In this document: in pieces, positions 55,547-64,000 of the stretch | How positions within the stretch are numbered: the stretch's first letter is position 1 | Layout of the letters: the number at the start of each line of letters is the position of its first letter | From: Desulfobacteraceae bacterium UBA2174 | Lineage (GTDB): Bacteria > Desulfobacterota > Desulfobacteria > Desulfobacterales > UBA2174 | Direction: 5' to 3' | DNA: 64,000 bases | NCBI GenBank assembly: GCA_002327445.1 | Contig: DCWA01000019.1 | Location: 7,035 to 71,034, forward strand | The notes under the pieces: generated by a model | Told to the model about the DNA's origin: nothing | The model's input: only the letters and a program-made list of their open reading frames with translations | Database searches by the model: none | Position numbers and translations under genes: made by a program

Positions 55547-56145
55547 GATTCCCCGGTAGTCCTGTCGCCCGCCTCCTTGAGGAGGGCGCGCAGGCCCAGG
55601 TAAAGCAGGACCAGGGCCGGGACGCAGAAGAGGTGGTCGAGCTTGACCAGGTAGTAGAGGGGCACCAGGCACTCGAACCCCGGACGCGGTACGATGGACA
55701 GGTGAAGCGGATTCGCGTGGTGGACGGCGATCAGCCCGGTTTGCTCGTCGAGCAGGTGGGCCAGAAATGCGTCTACGTTCCAGACCATCAGCATGATGGC
55801 GGCATAGCGGATCAAACGCCAGCCTTTCTGCCGCACCAGACCGTGCGCCCGGATCCAGTAGGCCAGGGTGGCCATGGACAGCAGGAAAAACAGGTGGGCG
55901 ATCTGGTGGACCACCAGTCCCTCCGGCCCCCCGTGGGTCTGGGTGGCGCATGCCGGGAGGGCGGTGGCGAGCAGGATCGGAATGATGAGGAGGATGTACA
56001 CCGCCGCCAGCCCAACGCGTCTCAGGATTGACCGGCAACGATGGATTATCCCCGCGGCGAGGCCTGAGGACGGTGTGGCGGCGCCGGCCCCCGGAGCACC
56101 CCATCGGGGAGGCCAGGGTGTATCATGTGCAGGGTCAAGTCGCAT
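55543..56145 (-). CDS. Polytopic membrane protein of unknown function, ATGA-coupled to the kinase gene (start uncertain)
   Basis: ...AAVYILLIIPILLATALPA..HQIAHLFFLLSMATLAYWI..YAAIMLMVWNVDAFLAHLL...LFCVPALVLLYLGL. The N-terminal ~45 codons look non-genic, so an internal GTG/ATG start is likely. Confidence 0.5.
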   Translation of the reverse strand: MRLDPAHDTPWPPRWGAPGAGAATPSSGLAAGIIHRCRSILRRVGLAAVYILLIIPILLATALPACATQTHGGPEGLVVHQIAHLFFLLSMATLAYWIRAHGLVRQKGWRLIRYAAIMLMVWNVDAFLAHLLDEQTGLIAVHHANPLHLSIVPRPGFECLVPLYYLVKLDHLFCVPALVLLYLGLRALLKEAGDRTTGES

Positions 56146-56326
56146 CGCAAAAAAAATCTACCCCGGGAAGATCCCCCCGGTAGGAGCAGGATTTGAGCCG
56201 CGCCTGGTCAATTTGCGGTTGAAATGGCTGTCGAAGGCGTTCGTGTCTTATTTACAGAGCCTTCAACCGGGTGCCAAGGAAGATTTTAAAAGTTTATCGG
56301 ACAAGCCGGGTTTGCACCCTGTTTCC

Positions 56327-56914
56327 CTATGGACGCTCCGTCGTGGAAGATTGCGGGTCCCGGCGCCCGGTGGCGTCGAGTTCCCGTTGGACCTTGGAAA
56401 AATAGGGAAGCCAGCGGCGGATCCGCCCGAAAATCATGCGGCAAAGAATATAGACCGGGATGAAAATGAACGGATAGCCGACGCTTTCACCGAGCAGGCG
56501 GTTCAAGGGCCAGGCCAAAAGGAAGTCGATGTCCGCGAAGCGGCTGTGCATCCAGGCCAGGGCCAGGGGAATGGGCCAGAGCATTCCGGCCGAATAGGCG
56601 GCCATGTTGAAGAAATGGCGGCCCCAGGCGTCGTTGGCCTCCCTGTTGAGGGCCTTGTATCCGTCGCGGTTTCCGGCTGCATAGGCGTGGAGGCTCAGCG
56701 CCTCCTTGCGGGAAATTTCCTCGTTGAGCGCATCGATGTGGCGGCGGTTGAAGCGGATGGCCCCCGACAGCGTCAGCTCTCCGGCGACCACTGCGATCAT
56801 CGCCAGGCAAAACGATCCGATGAAGAAATTGATCAACGAATGGCCCGTGAGGCGGTAGGGAGCGATGAGAATCGGATCGATCCACACGAGAATATGATGA
56901 AGGGAAGCGTCCAT
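56327..56914 (-). CDS. Hypothetical membrane protein
   Basis: 195 aa with about 4 hydrophobic helices and no motif I recognise. Lies downstream of the TSUP gene on the same strand. Confidence 0.45.
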   Translation of the reverse strand: MDASLHHILVWIDPILIAPYRLTGHSLINFFIGSFCLAMIAVVAGELTLSGAIRFNRRHIDALNEEISRKEALSLHAYAAGNRDGYKALNREANDAWGRHFFNMAAYSAGMLWPIPLALAWMHSRFADIDFLLAWPLNRLLGESVGYPFIFIPVYILCRMIFGRIRRWLPYFSKVQRELDATGRRDPQSSTTERP

Positions 56915-57002
56915 TATTCGCTAGGCCTGCCCGCCGGACGGAAGGGGGACGGCCGTCCTAGCCGTCCCCCATGTCCGCACGCTTGGATTGAAGGAAACCG
57001 CC

Positions 57003-58142
57003 TTAGAAACCGATAATCGGCATCTTGTAACCGGCAAACCCGCGCAGGGTGTAGTTGAGACCGACGTAGAAGGACAGGAAGATGAAGACGTACTTCAAGC
57101 CCTTCTCCGGAATGTACTTGCCGGTCCGCGGACCGATCATCGAACCGACAAAGACGCCCACCAGCTCCACGGCGATCATGAGCCAGTAGACGGTGACGCC
57201 CTTGATCATGTAGTTGAAAATCGAAAGGATCATGCTGATGAGCACCGCCAGGCCGGAGGTGCCGGCGGCCACGTACATCGGCAGGCCGACGACGCTGGTG
57301 AGGAACGGCACATAGAGGAAGCCGCCGCCCACGCCGATGAAGGAGGAAAGGGCGCTGATGAAGAAGCCGCCGATGAAGGCCCAGATCGGATTGAAGCCGA
57401 AGGTCTGGCCGAAGAAGGAGATTTCGGTGCGGGTGATGCCGAGTTTGACCGTCTCGACGCCCATTTGAGTGATGTCACCCTTCTTCTTCATCGTCTCTTC
57501 GAAAGCTTTGGCCGCAGCCTTGGCCGCCTTCTTGGAAGACTGCCCCTTGGGGGTCTGCTCATAGATCATGAAGGCGCCGATGATGAACACCACCAGACCG
57601 AAATAGCCCTGATACTGGGAGAACTTGAGCTTACCCATGGTAGTGTACACCACGAGGAAGGCCGCCACCAGGGAGCCGAGACCAAGGGTGACGCCAAGGG
57701 GAATGATCAAGCGCTTCTGCTTGGCGTAGTTCAGGGACGAAACGAAGGCCGACAAGCCCACCAGCCACTGGTTGGACACCCGGATACTGTCGGTGACGAG
57801 CTTGTTGAGCGGGTTGTCCTGAAAAGTCTTGGCGTAGGCGCCGAGGCCGAAGATCGACATGTGCCCGACACCGGCCATGATGCCGCCGAAGGCGCCGACC
57901 GTGGAGAAGACCCAGCCGACCCAGCATGCCCACAGAAAGGCCACGATCAGGTTGGGCTTGGGGCCGCCCGGGATGCCGAGATAGCCGGGTTCGGCCGCCT
58001 GGTCGATCTTGCCTTCGGTGATGGCCTTGGCGATGGCATCTCCCAAGGGATCGGCCGAGGCCGTGCCGGCCAGCATCAGCGGAGCGGCGATCAGTGTCAT
58101 CAGAAGCAGTAGAACCCACAGTTTGCCACAACGTTTGTTCAT
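57003..58142 (-). CDS. TauE/SafE (TSUP) family permease with signal peptide and a Lys/Ala-rich soluble insert
   Basis: ATG at 58142 (MNKRCGKLWVLLLL...) is preceded by GGAGGGGG. GAFGGIMAGVG and SFIGVGGGFLYVP are TSUP repeats. The central insert reads ...KGQSSKKAAKAAAKAFEETMKKKG... Confidence 0.7.
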   Translation of the reverse strand: MNKRCGKLWVLLLLMTLIAAPLMLAGTASADPLGDAIAKAITEGKIDQAAEPGYLGIPGGPKPNLIVAFLWACWVGWVFSTVGAFGGIMAGVGHMSIFGLGAYAKTFQDNPLNKLVTDSIRVSNQWLVGLSAFVSSLNYAKQKRLIIPLGVTLGLGSLVAAFLVVYTTMGKLKFSQYQGYFGLVVFIIGAFMIYEQTPKGQSSKKAAKAAAKAFEETMKKKGDITQMGVETVKLGITRTEISFFGQTFGFNPIWAFIGGFFISALSSFIGVGGGFLYVPFLTSVVGLPMYVAAGTSGLAVLISMILSIFNYMIKGVTVYWLMIAVELVGVFVGSMIGPRTGKYIPEKGLKYVFIFLSFYVGLNYTLRGFAGYKMPIIGF

Positions 58143-58267
58143 TTCCCCCTCCATTAGATAAGTTTAGTGAAAATTGAACTTGAATAATAAATGCCGCATT
58201 GGTCTCCGATCCGTGAAACATGAGATCGGGAATGCGGCCGGCATACAAAGGACATTCCCCTGCTTAC

Positions 58268-58284
58268 TAGCAATGTACATGCCA
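58268..58284 (-). promoter_or_regulatory. Sigma-54 (-24/-12) promoter
   Basis: The minus strand reads TGGCAT-GTACA-TTGCT, matching TGGCAC-N5-TTGCW. It lies about 125 nt upstream of the TSUP ATG, in a 410-bp AT-rich spacer, with an NtrC-type regulator in the same cluster. Confidence 0.7.
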
Positions 58285-58567
58285 TCGCATTTTACGGTTT
58301 CGATCAATGGCGAAATCCGCCAATCGAAAAAAATATCATTTACAATTTCAGAATGTTGTATGTTGTTTTCGCCAGCCTCGGGACGGTGTGATCAGAAGAG
58401 GAACATCAACTTTCGAGTCAGGCCGCAAATAAAATAATGCGCGATTTGAAATTTGGCACCGATACCTTCAAAATCAATGGAACAATATTAGGTGCATCAA
58501 AATTTTTGCATGCCTGCATAAGAATTGCTTCACTTGAAAGGCACATCATCGGCAGAGCATTGGCTTT

Positions 58568-58954
58568 TCATTCTGATTCCAGAAAAACAGTACGATTCAC
58601 CAGATTGTCGAATTCCTTTTCTTCCAGTGCCATCCACGGGGATCGGGGCTGGAAATGGAACGACGACCGGACCCCTGGGGCGAACACCTTTCCGGCACGG
58701 ATCACAGGCCCCGGCAGTCGATAGACGTGCCCCGGCGAGAAGACCAGGACCAGATCGACCTCTTCAGCGCCATCGAGCAGATCGACCAGCAAGGCGTTGA
58801 CCACCTGCCCGTAGCCGCGCAGGTTCTTGCCGCGGCCGTCCTCGTAAACTTCCACCACCACCTCCGTCACCCGGAGGCCGCGTCCCGAGGCAACGTGAAA
58901 AAATGCCGCCTCGACGCGGTACTCCCCCTCATCGCAAGCAATCCAGGAATTCAT
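58568..58954 (-). CDS. Hypothetical protein
   Basis: ATG at 58954 with GGAGAAGG RBS. 128 aa, MNSWIACDEGEYRVEAAFFHV... No recognisable motif. Confidence 0.4.
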   Translation of the reverse strand: MNSWIACDEGEYRVEAAFFHVASGRGLRVTEVVVEVYEDGRGKNLRGYGQVVNALLVDLLDGAEEVDLVLVFSPGHVYRLPGPVIRAGKVFAPGVRSSFHFQPRSPWMALEEKEFDNLVNRTVFLESE

Positions 58955-59233
58955 GGTACCTTCTCCATCCGGTTGTCTGTTGTCTTCCTGCGCCGGCGAC
59001 GCCAAGGCGTCAGCGACCGCCATGGGCGCACCGGCCATCCGGCCGGGCCTCCGGCGCGCAAATCGGCGAAACGGGTTCAGTGCCTATAACGTCTGCACCC
59101 ACCGGGTGCAAGGGAAACCCTGGCGCCAGCGGCCCCCCAATGCTTTACAAGCGCCGGCCCCTGTGCAATACATTCCCTTTGATCAAGGTCGCTTAGCAGG
59201 CCGTGGATATTGGGTTCGGAGGTCGACGTAAAG

Positions 59234-60934
59234 ATGCTCGAGGAATTGGTCATCAGAAATTTTGCCATCATCGAGGACCTGCGCATCCGGTTGGCGCCGG
59301 GGTTGACGATTTTCAGCGGCGAAACCGGCGCCGGCAAATCCATCATCATCAATGCGGTCAACCTGCTGTTGGGCAGCCGGGCGTCGTCGCGGCTGATCCG
59401 CACCGGGGCCGAAAGCGCCGAGCTCGAGGCCCTGTTCCGCGTGGCGCCCGACAGCCCCACGGCCCGCGCCATGCTGCTGCATGGTCATGTGCCCGCTGAC
59501 GGGCTCGTGGTCCGGCGTATCATCCACCGCGACGGAAGCAACCGCATCTACATCAACGGCGCCTTGGCCACCGTGGCGGTGCTGGCCGAGTTGACCGGAT
59601 CCCTGGCCTCCATCTCCGGCCAGCACGAGCACCAGACGCTGCTCAAGGAGGATACCCACCTCCTTGTCCTGGATCGTTACGGGGGGCTCATGCCCCAGCG
59701 GCAGGAGGCCGCTGAAGCCTATCGCTTGATCCAACCGCTGCTGGGCGAGGGCCGGGACCTCGCGGCGCTCAAGGCCCGCCAGAGCGAAAGGATGGAGATG
59801 CTCCGGTTTCAACGCGACGAAATCCAGGCGGCGAGCGTGGTTCCGGACGAGGATGCCGTACTGGAGCGGGAGCGGCAGGTGCTGCGCCATGCAGAGACCC
59901 TGATGCAGACCCTCGGCCAGGGAGTCGAGGCCCTTTACGGCGCAGATGGGGCTGTCCTGGGGCAGGTGGCGGCCGTCGGCAAGGAAATGGCCCGGGCCGC
60001 GGCCATCGATCCGGCCTTGTCCGCCTTTGCGGAACGCCTGGAGGAACTCGGCATCTGGATTCAGGATCTTTCGGCGGAGATGCAGCGCCACCTGAGCAGC
60101 CTGCAAGTCGAGGAGGGGCGCCTGGAACAGGTGGAGGAGCGCCTCGAAACGCTCCGGCGGTTGAAGAAAAAATACGGTGGCAGCCTGGCCAAGGTCCTCG
60201 ATCACCTGGAGATCGCCGAAAGGGAACTCGACGGCATCGAAAACCTCGATGACCGCATCGAGGCGAACCGGCGCGCTCTCGATGACGCCGCCGGCCGTCT
60301 GGCCGAACGCTGCCGCCGGCTGTCGGCCGGACGGAAGAGGGCGGCCCGGGATTTGGCCCGGGCGGTGGAAGCGGCCCTGGGCCCCCTGCGCATGGAGGGG
60401 ACCCGCTTCGAGGCGGCCTTGAGCCAACCTCCGGCGGGACCGGGATCCGATCCGCACCTGTCGGTGGACGGGAGCGAGGCCGGCGAGGCCGGCATCGATC
60501 AGGTCACCTTCATGCTGGCGCCCAACGTCGGCGAGGCATTGAAACCGCTGGCCGCCATCGCTTCCGGGGGCGAATTGTCCCGGGTGGTCCTGGCCCTCAA
60601 GGCCATTCTGGCGGCCAATGACGCGGTGGAAACCGTGGTTTTCGACGAGGTGGACGCCGGAATCGGCGGCGCGGTGGCCGAAGTGGTGGGACGCCGCTTG
60701 CATGAATTGGCGCGCCATCACCAGTTGATCTGCATTACCCACCTGCCCCAGATCGCCCGGTTCGGGGACCATCATTTCCGCATCGAAAAAGCGGTCTCCC
60801 AAGGTCGGACGCGCACCACTATTCAACCTCTGGACGACAACGGGCGCCTGGAAGAAATCGCCCGCATGCTGGGGGGAGAAAAAATCACGGATCGGACGCT
60901 GGCTCATGCCCGGGAGCTGCTCGAACAGCGTTGA
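59234..60934 (+). CDS. recN: DNA repair protein RecN
   Basis: MLEELVIRNFAIIEDLRIRLAPGLTIFSGETGAGKSIII (Walker A), coiled-coil middle, ...SGGELSRV...VVFDEVDAGIGG. Confidence 0.9.
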   Translation: MLEELVIRNFAIIEDLRIRLAPGLTIFSGETGAGKSIIINAVNLLLGSRASSRLIRTGAESAELEALFRVAPDSPTARAMLLHGHVPADGLVVRRIIHRDGSNRIYINGALATVAVLAELTGSLASISGQHEHQTLLKEDTHLLVLDRYGGLMPQRQEAAEAYRLIQPLLGEGRDLAALKARQSERMEMLRFQRDEIQAASVVPDEDAVLERERQVLRHAETLMQTLGQGVEALYGADGAVLGQVAAVGKEMARAAAIDPALSAFAERLEELGIWIQDLSAEMQRHLSSLQVEEGRLEQVEERLETLRRLKKKYGGSLAKVLDHLEIAERELDGIENLDDRIEANRRALDDAAGRLAERCRRLSAGRKRAARDLARAVEAALGPLRMEGTRFEAALSQPPAGPGSDPHLSVDGSEAGEAGIDQVTFMLAPNVGEALKPLAAIASGGELSRVVLALKAILAANDAVETVVFDEVDAGIGGAVAEVVGRRLHELARHHQLICITHLPQIARFGDHHFRIEKAVSQGRTRTTIQPLDDNGRLEEIARMLGGEKITDRTLAHARELLEQR

Positions 60935-61064
60935 AACGGGCAAGCGGGCTTAATCGCTTGACACCGCATCCCACCGGGTACTATTTGAAAAATTTTCATC
61001 GCATCGACCCCGGTGCCGGCTATCGATACGCGGCGCTGGGCCGAATTGGTTCAAGGAGGTCCCC

Positions 61065-61301
61065 ATGCCGATCTACGAGTTCAAGTGCCTCTCCTGCAAC
61101 GCGCTGTTCGAAGTGCTGATCATGGACAGCGGAGACGAGACGGAGGTCCGGTGCCCCTACTGCCAGGAAACCAATTTCCAGCGGGTCATGAGCGCCGCCA
61201 GCCACCAGGTGCGTTCTGGCCGCTCCGGCGCGGCCAAGGTGGAAAACCACAACTGTACCAGCGGCTCCTGCTCGACCCTCACCATTCCAGGGCCGGACTG
61301 A
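61065..61301 (+). CDS. FmdB-family zinc-ribbon protein
   Basis: MPIYEFKCLSCNALFEVL...RCPYCQ... Confidence 0.8.
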   Translation: MPIYEFKCLSCNALFEVLIMDSGDETEVRCPYCQETNFQRVMSAASHQVRSGRSGAAKVENHNCTSGSCSTLTIPGPD

Positions 61302-61395
61302 CCGTCGGCCGCCAGGGAGCGGCCCGCCGCTTTCACGGACCGGGCGTTGACAGCCGTCCGGCCCGGATTTAGCTTTAATTCCTTGGAAAGGGGCC

Positions 61396-62112
61396 ATGAA
61401 GACTCTGCACAGCAAGGAAAAAGAGCAGTTCAAGAAACTTTTCGGCCAGGAGGGCATCGACCGGTTCGAGGACCGGTTGAAAGTCCTGGACGTGTTTTGG
61501 CAGATGGATGGCCACCCGACGGCCGTGGGCGTGCATGAGGTCCTGGTCGATGAGGGCGTCAAGCTGGACCCGGACTTCGTCCGCGAGACGCTAAAGCTCA
61601 TGTGCCAGCTCGGCTTCGCCCGGCGCAGCCGATTCGGAAACGGGGAGGTGCGTTACGAGCCCCTGCACCTCGGCCAGCACCACGACCACATGATCTGCAC
61701 CAAGTGCGGTCGCATCTACGAGTTTCAAAGCGATCCGCTCGAGGCGCTGCAGATCAAGATCGCAGAAGCCCATGGGTTCCATCTCCTCCAGCATCGGGTG
61801 GAGTTCTACGGGATCTGCGCCGAGTGCTTGAAGGAGCGTATCGACCGCATGCCCCTGGACATGGCCCGGCCCGGAGAGCGGCTGACGATCATCGATTTCA
61901 CCGGCGGGACCGGGGCCCGGATGCGCCTGATGACCATGGGGCTTCGCGTCGGCGACAGCGTCGAGGTCATCACCAACATCAACGAAGGACAGATCGCTCT
62001 GGCAATGGGGAACCGGCGCCTGGTGCTCGGCCGGGGATTGGCCCAAAAGATCCTCGTGCGACCCGACCGGGTCACCCCGGGGCGGCCGTTGAGCCATAAC
62101 GCCGAAGACTGA
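61396..62112 (+). CDS. Fur-family regulator fused to a C-terminal FeoA (SH3-like) domain
   Basis: N-terminal ...HHDHMICTKCGRIYEF...FYGICAECL is the Fur metal/Zn site pattern. C-terminal ...PGERLTIIDFTGGTGARMRLMTMGLRVGDSVEVI...RRLVLGRGLAQKILV is FeoA-like. Confidence 0.75.
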   Translation: MKTLHSKEKEQFKKLFGQEGIDRFEDRLKVLDVFWQMDGHPTAVGVHEVLVDEGVKLDPDFVRETLKLMCQLGFARRSRFGNGEVRYEPLHLGQHHDHMICTKCGRIYEFQSDPLEALQIKIAEAHGFHLLQHRVEFYGICAECLKERIDRMPLDMARPGERLTIIDFTGGTGARMRLMTMGLRVGDSVEVITNINEGQIALAMGNRRLVLGRGLAQKILVRPDRVTPGRPLSHNAED

Positions 62113-62354
62113 TGGAAATCGGGATGCCGACGCTCAAGGACATGCGGGAAGGGCAGGAGGCCGTCATCGTCCGGGTGGGGGGCAACGGCGCCCTCCGGCG
62201 GCGCCTCCTGGAAATGGGGCTGCGCAGCGGCGCGCGGATTCGCATCGAAAAATACGCCCCCTTGCGGGATCCCTTGGAACTGGTGGTCAATGCGATGCAC
62301 GTCTCCCTGCGCGTGGAGGAAGCCGCGCAGATCGAGGTCGATCCGGCCGCGTGA
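62112..62354 (+). CDS. feoA: FeoA
   Basis: ...LKDMREGQEAVIVRVGGNGALRRRLLEMGLRSGARIRIEKYAPLRDPLELVV.. Confidence 0.85.
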   Translation: MEIGMPTLKDMREGQEAVIVRVGGNGALRRRLLEMGLRSGARIRIEKYAPLRDPLELVVNAMHVSLRVEEAAQIEVDPAA

Positions 62355-62438
62355 TGCCGTCGGCGGCTGCTCCGGTATTCCAGAATTCGTGATCCCGTCA
62401 GCATCCATTTCGTTTATTGCGCCGCACAGGAACCGCTC

Positions 62439-64000
62439 ATGCCTCCCGCCAAACACCTGACCATCGCTCTGGCCGGGAACCCCAACTCCGGCAAAACCAC
62501 CATCTTCAATGCCATCACCGGCACCCGGCAGAAAGTCGGCAACTGGCCGGGGGTCACGGTGGAAAAGAAGGAAGGACACGTCCAGCGCTTCGGCTATGAA
62601 CTGTCCATCATCGACCTGCCGGGCACCTACAGCCTCACCCCGTTTTCCATCGAAGAGATCGTGGCCCGGGATTTCGTCCTGGACGACCGTCCCGACGTTG
62701 TGATCGACATCATCGATGCCTCCAACCTTGAGCGCAGCCTCTACTTGGCCACCCAGTTGCGCGAGATCGACTGCAAGGTGCTTTTCGCCCTCAACATGGC
62801 CGATCTGGCGCAAAGCAACGGGATCCGCATCGATGCCGCCAAGCTTGGCGAACTGTTGGATCTGCCGGTGGTGTTCACCGTCGGAAACCGGCAGGAGGGG
62901 ATCGACGAGCTGCTCCAGAAGGCCGTCGGTCTGGCCGAATCCGGGGCGCCGGCGCCGCAGAAACGCCGGGTGCGCTACAGTCAGGATATCGAGACGGCCA
63001 TCGGACGGCTGCGCACCTTCATGGCGGGCAACGCCGAGGGCGATCTGCCCTACAACCCGCGCTGGGCGGCCATCAAGCTGCTCGAGGACGACCGCATTGT
63101 TCAGCAGCGGATCCTGGCCGCCGCCGGTCCGGGCGGCCCGAAGATCCTGGAAGAGGCGGAGCGGTTGCGCCAACAGCTGGCCGACCGCTACGACGATGCG
63201 CCGGAAATCGTCATGACGGATGAGCGTTACGGGTTCATCGCCGGCATCATCCGCGAAGTGCTCACCACTACCCGGCGTCAGCGGGTGGACACCTCGCGGG
63301 CCATCGACAAGGTATTGACGGACCGCTTCCTCGGTTTTCCGATTTTCGTCTTTTTCATCTGGGCCATGTTCCAGTTGACCTTCTCTCTCGGCGCCTATCC
63401 CATGGACTGGATCGGCGCGGGGTTCGAGGCCGTCGGTGGCCTGATCCAGCGCTGGGTGCCCGAATCGCTCCTGAGAGACCTGCTGGTGGAAGGGGTGCTG
63501 GCCGGGGTCGGCAGCGTGGCGGTGTTCCTGCCCAACATCCTGATTCTCTTCTTCTGCATATCCCTGTTCGAGGACACCGGCTACATGGCCCGGGCCGCCT
63601 TTCTGATGGACCGGATCATGCACCTGGTGGGGCTGCACGGCAAATCGTTCATTCCGATGCTGATGGGCTTCGGCTGCAACGTGCCGGCCGTGATGGCCGC
63701 GCGCACCCTGGAAAGCGAAAAGGATCGGATTCTCACCGTCCTGGTGACGCCCTTCATGAGCTGTTCGGCCCGGTTGCCGGTCTATCTCGTACTGGCAGGG
63801 ACGTTTTTCGCCCAGCGGGCCGGCACCGTCATCTTCGGCATTTACCTGCTGGGCATCGTGGTGGCGATGCTCTCCGGCCGGCTGTTCCGCAAGACCCTCC
63901 TGCCCGGCGCCGACGCGCCCTTCGTCATGGAGCTGCCGCCGTACCGCATGCCCATGCTCAAGAGCCTCATGATCCACATGTGGGACCGAGCCCGGATGTT
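62439..64000 (+). CDS. feoB: Ferrous iron transporter FeoB (3' end runs off window)
   Basis: My translation from the ATG at 62439 reads [28 protein letters not shown]...DLPGTYSL (G-domain), then membrane gate motifs ...[14 protein letters not shown]... It is missing from the ORF track because there is no stop in the window. Confidence 0.9.
   Translation, partial: MPPAKHLTIALAGNPNSGKTTIFNAITGTRQKVGNWPGVTVEKKEGHVQRFGYELSIIDLPGTYSLTPFSIEEIVARDFVLDDRPDVVIDIIDASNLERSLYLATQLREIDCKVLFALNMADLAQSNGIRIDAAKLGELLDLPVVFTVGNRQEGIDELLQKAVGLAESGAPAPQKRRVRYSQDIETAIGRLRTFMAGNAEGDLPYNPRWAAIKLLEDDRIVQQRILAAAGPGGPKILEEAERLRQQLADRYDDAPEIVMTDERYGFIAGIIREVLTTTRRQRVDTSRAIDKVLTDRFLGFPIFVFFIWAMFQLTFSLGAYPMDWIGAGFEAVGGLIQRWVPESLLRDLLVEGVLAGVGSVAVFLPNILILFFCISLFEDTGYMARAAFLMDRIMHLVGLHGKSFIPMLMGFGCNVPAVMAARTLESEKDRILTVLVTPFMSCSARLPVYLVLAGTFFAQRAGTVIFGIYLLGIVVAMLSGRLFRKTLLPGADAPFVMELPPYRMPMLKSLMIHMWDRARM

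Noticed and set aside
56262-56278. Second sigma-54-like site (minus strand TGGCAC-CCGG-TTGAA) upstream of the membrane-ORF/kinase genes
   Set aside because: The spacing is one nt short and the -12 GC dinucleotide is absent (TTGA instead of TTGC). Too weak to call.
58454-58470. Plus-strand TGGCACCGATACCTTCA as a sigma-54 promoter
   Set aside because: The -12 element is missing (CCTTC instead of TTGC), and no plus-strand gene lies downstream before recN, about 780 nt away.
61806-63977. 723-aa minus-strand ORF
   Set aside because: Antisense to fur-feoA, feoA and feoB, all of which have unmistakable motifs. The translation is Arg/Gly/His/Pro-rich low complexity.

Overview
High-GC (~60%) chromosomal window. 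From gene content it resembles an anaerobic Desulfobacterota (Desulfobacterales-like) genome; this is an inference, no search was run. I support about 65 coding regions.

Order of blocks:
- 1-4400: edge-truncated AAA+/DUF4143 ATPase, ArsR, J-domain protein, SAM methyltransferase, an MntA/HepT toxin-antitoxin pair, a disrupted DsrE-like gene and a truncated second mntA copy.
- 4400-7400: LysR regulator, Tat-exported C_GCAxxG_C_C protein with two CxxCH motifs, TSUP permease.
- 7650-10520, minus strand: arsR-acr3-arsM-arsC arsenic operon with a perfect 17-bp inverted-repeat operator.
- 10630-14050, minus strand: arsR-permease-thioredoxin_3-Trx/CcdA fusion-RseC redox cluster.
- 14385-25000: TetR, then a methylmalonyl-CoA pathway operon (mutase, MeaB, 12S carboxyltransferase, small ORF, 5S+biotin carrier fusion, SucCD). 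Its intergenic spacers carry unusual tandem/inverted short-repeat elements.
- 25100-32130: hypAB, baeRF-like protein, nifSU, Memo-like protein, and a secreted TPR / C39-like peptidase / PA2779-like triad.
- 32224-41153: HDAC gene remnant, then recCBD.
- 41400-47460: small membrane protein, YbjQ, GGDEF cyclase, a thiolase-like/DUF35 pair, OM beta-barrel, 2-hydroxyacid dehydrogenase, ABM protein.
- 47893-52620: beta-oxidation pair, then a divergent sirtuin homolog.
- 52629-58284, minus strand: sigma-54 cluster (promoter, TSUP, membrane proteins, histidine kinase, NtrC-type regulator).
- 58568-64000: hypothetical protein, recN, FmdB zinc ribbon, Fur-FeoA fusion, feoA, and feoB running off the edge.

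Most notable observations:
- Two genes carry an in-frame TGA exactly where homologs have a conserved Cys. The thiolase-like gene has it at the nucleophile position. The DsrE-like gene has it in C-G-x-C, followed by an fdhF-like hairpin but also an apparent frameshift. These are candidate selenoproteins or pseudogenes.
- A family of composite repeat elements sits in the operon spacers.
- A 9-bp x ~14 GATC-rich tandem array lies upstream of the mutase gene.

No rRNA, tRNA, CRISPR array, transposase or integrase was recognised. Many long ORFs in the supplied track are antisense or alternate-frame artefacts of high GC. Two real edge genes (1-1152 minus; feoB 62439-64000 plus) are absent from the track because they lack an in-window stop.
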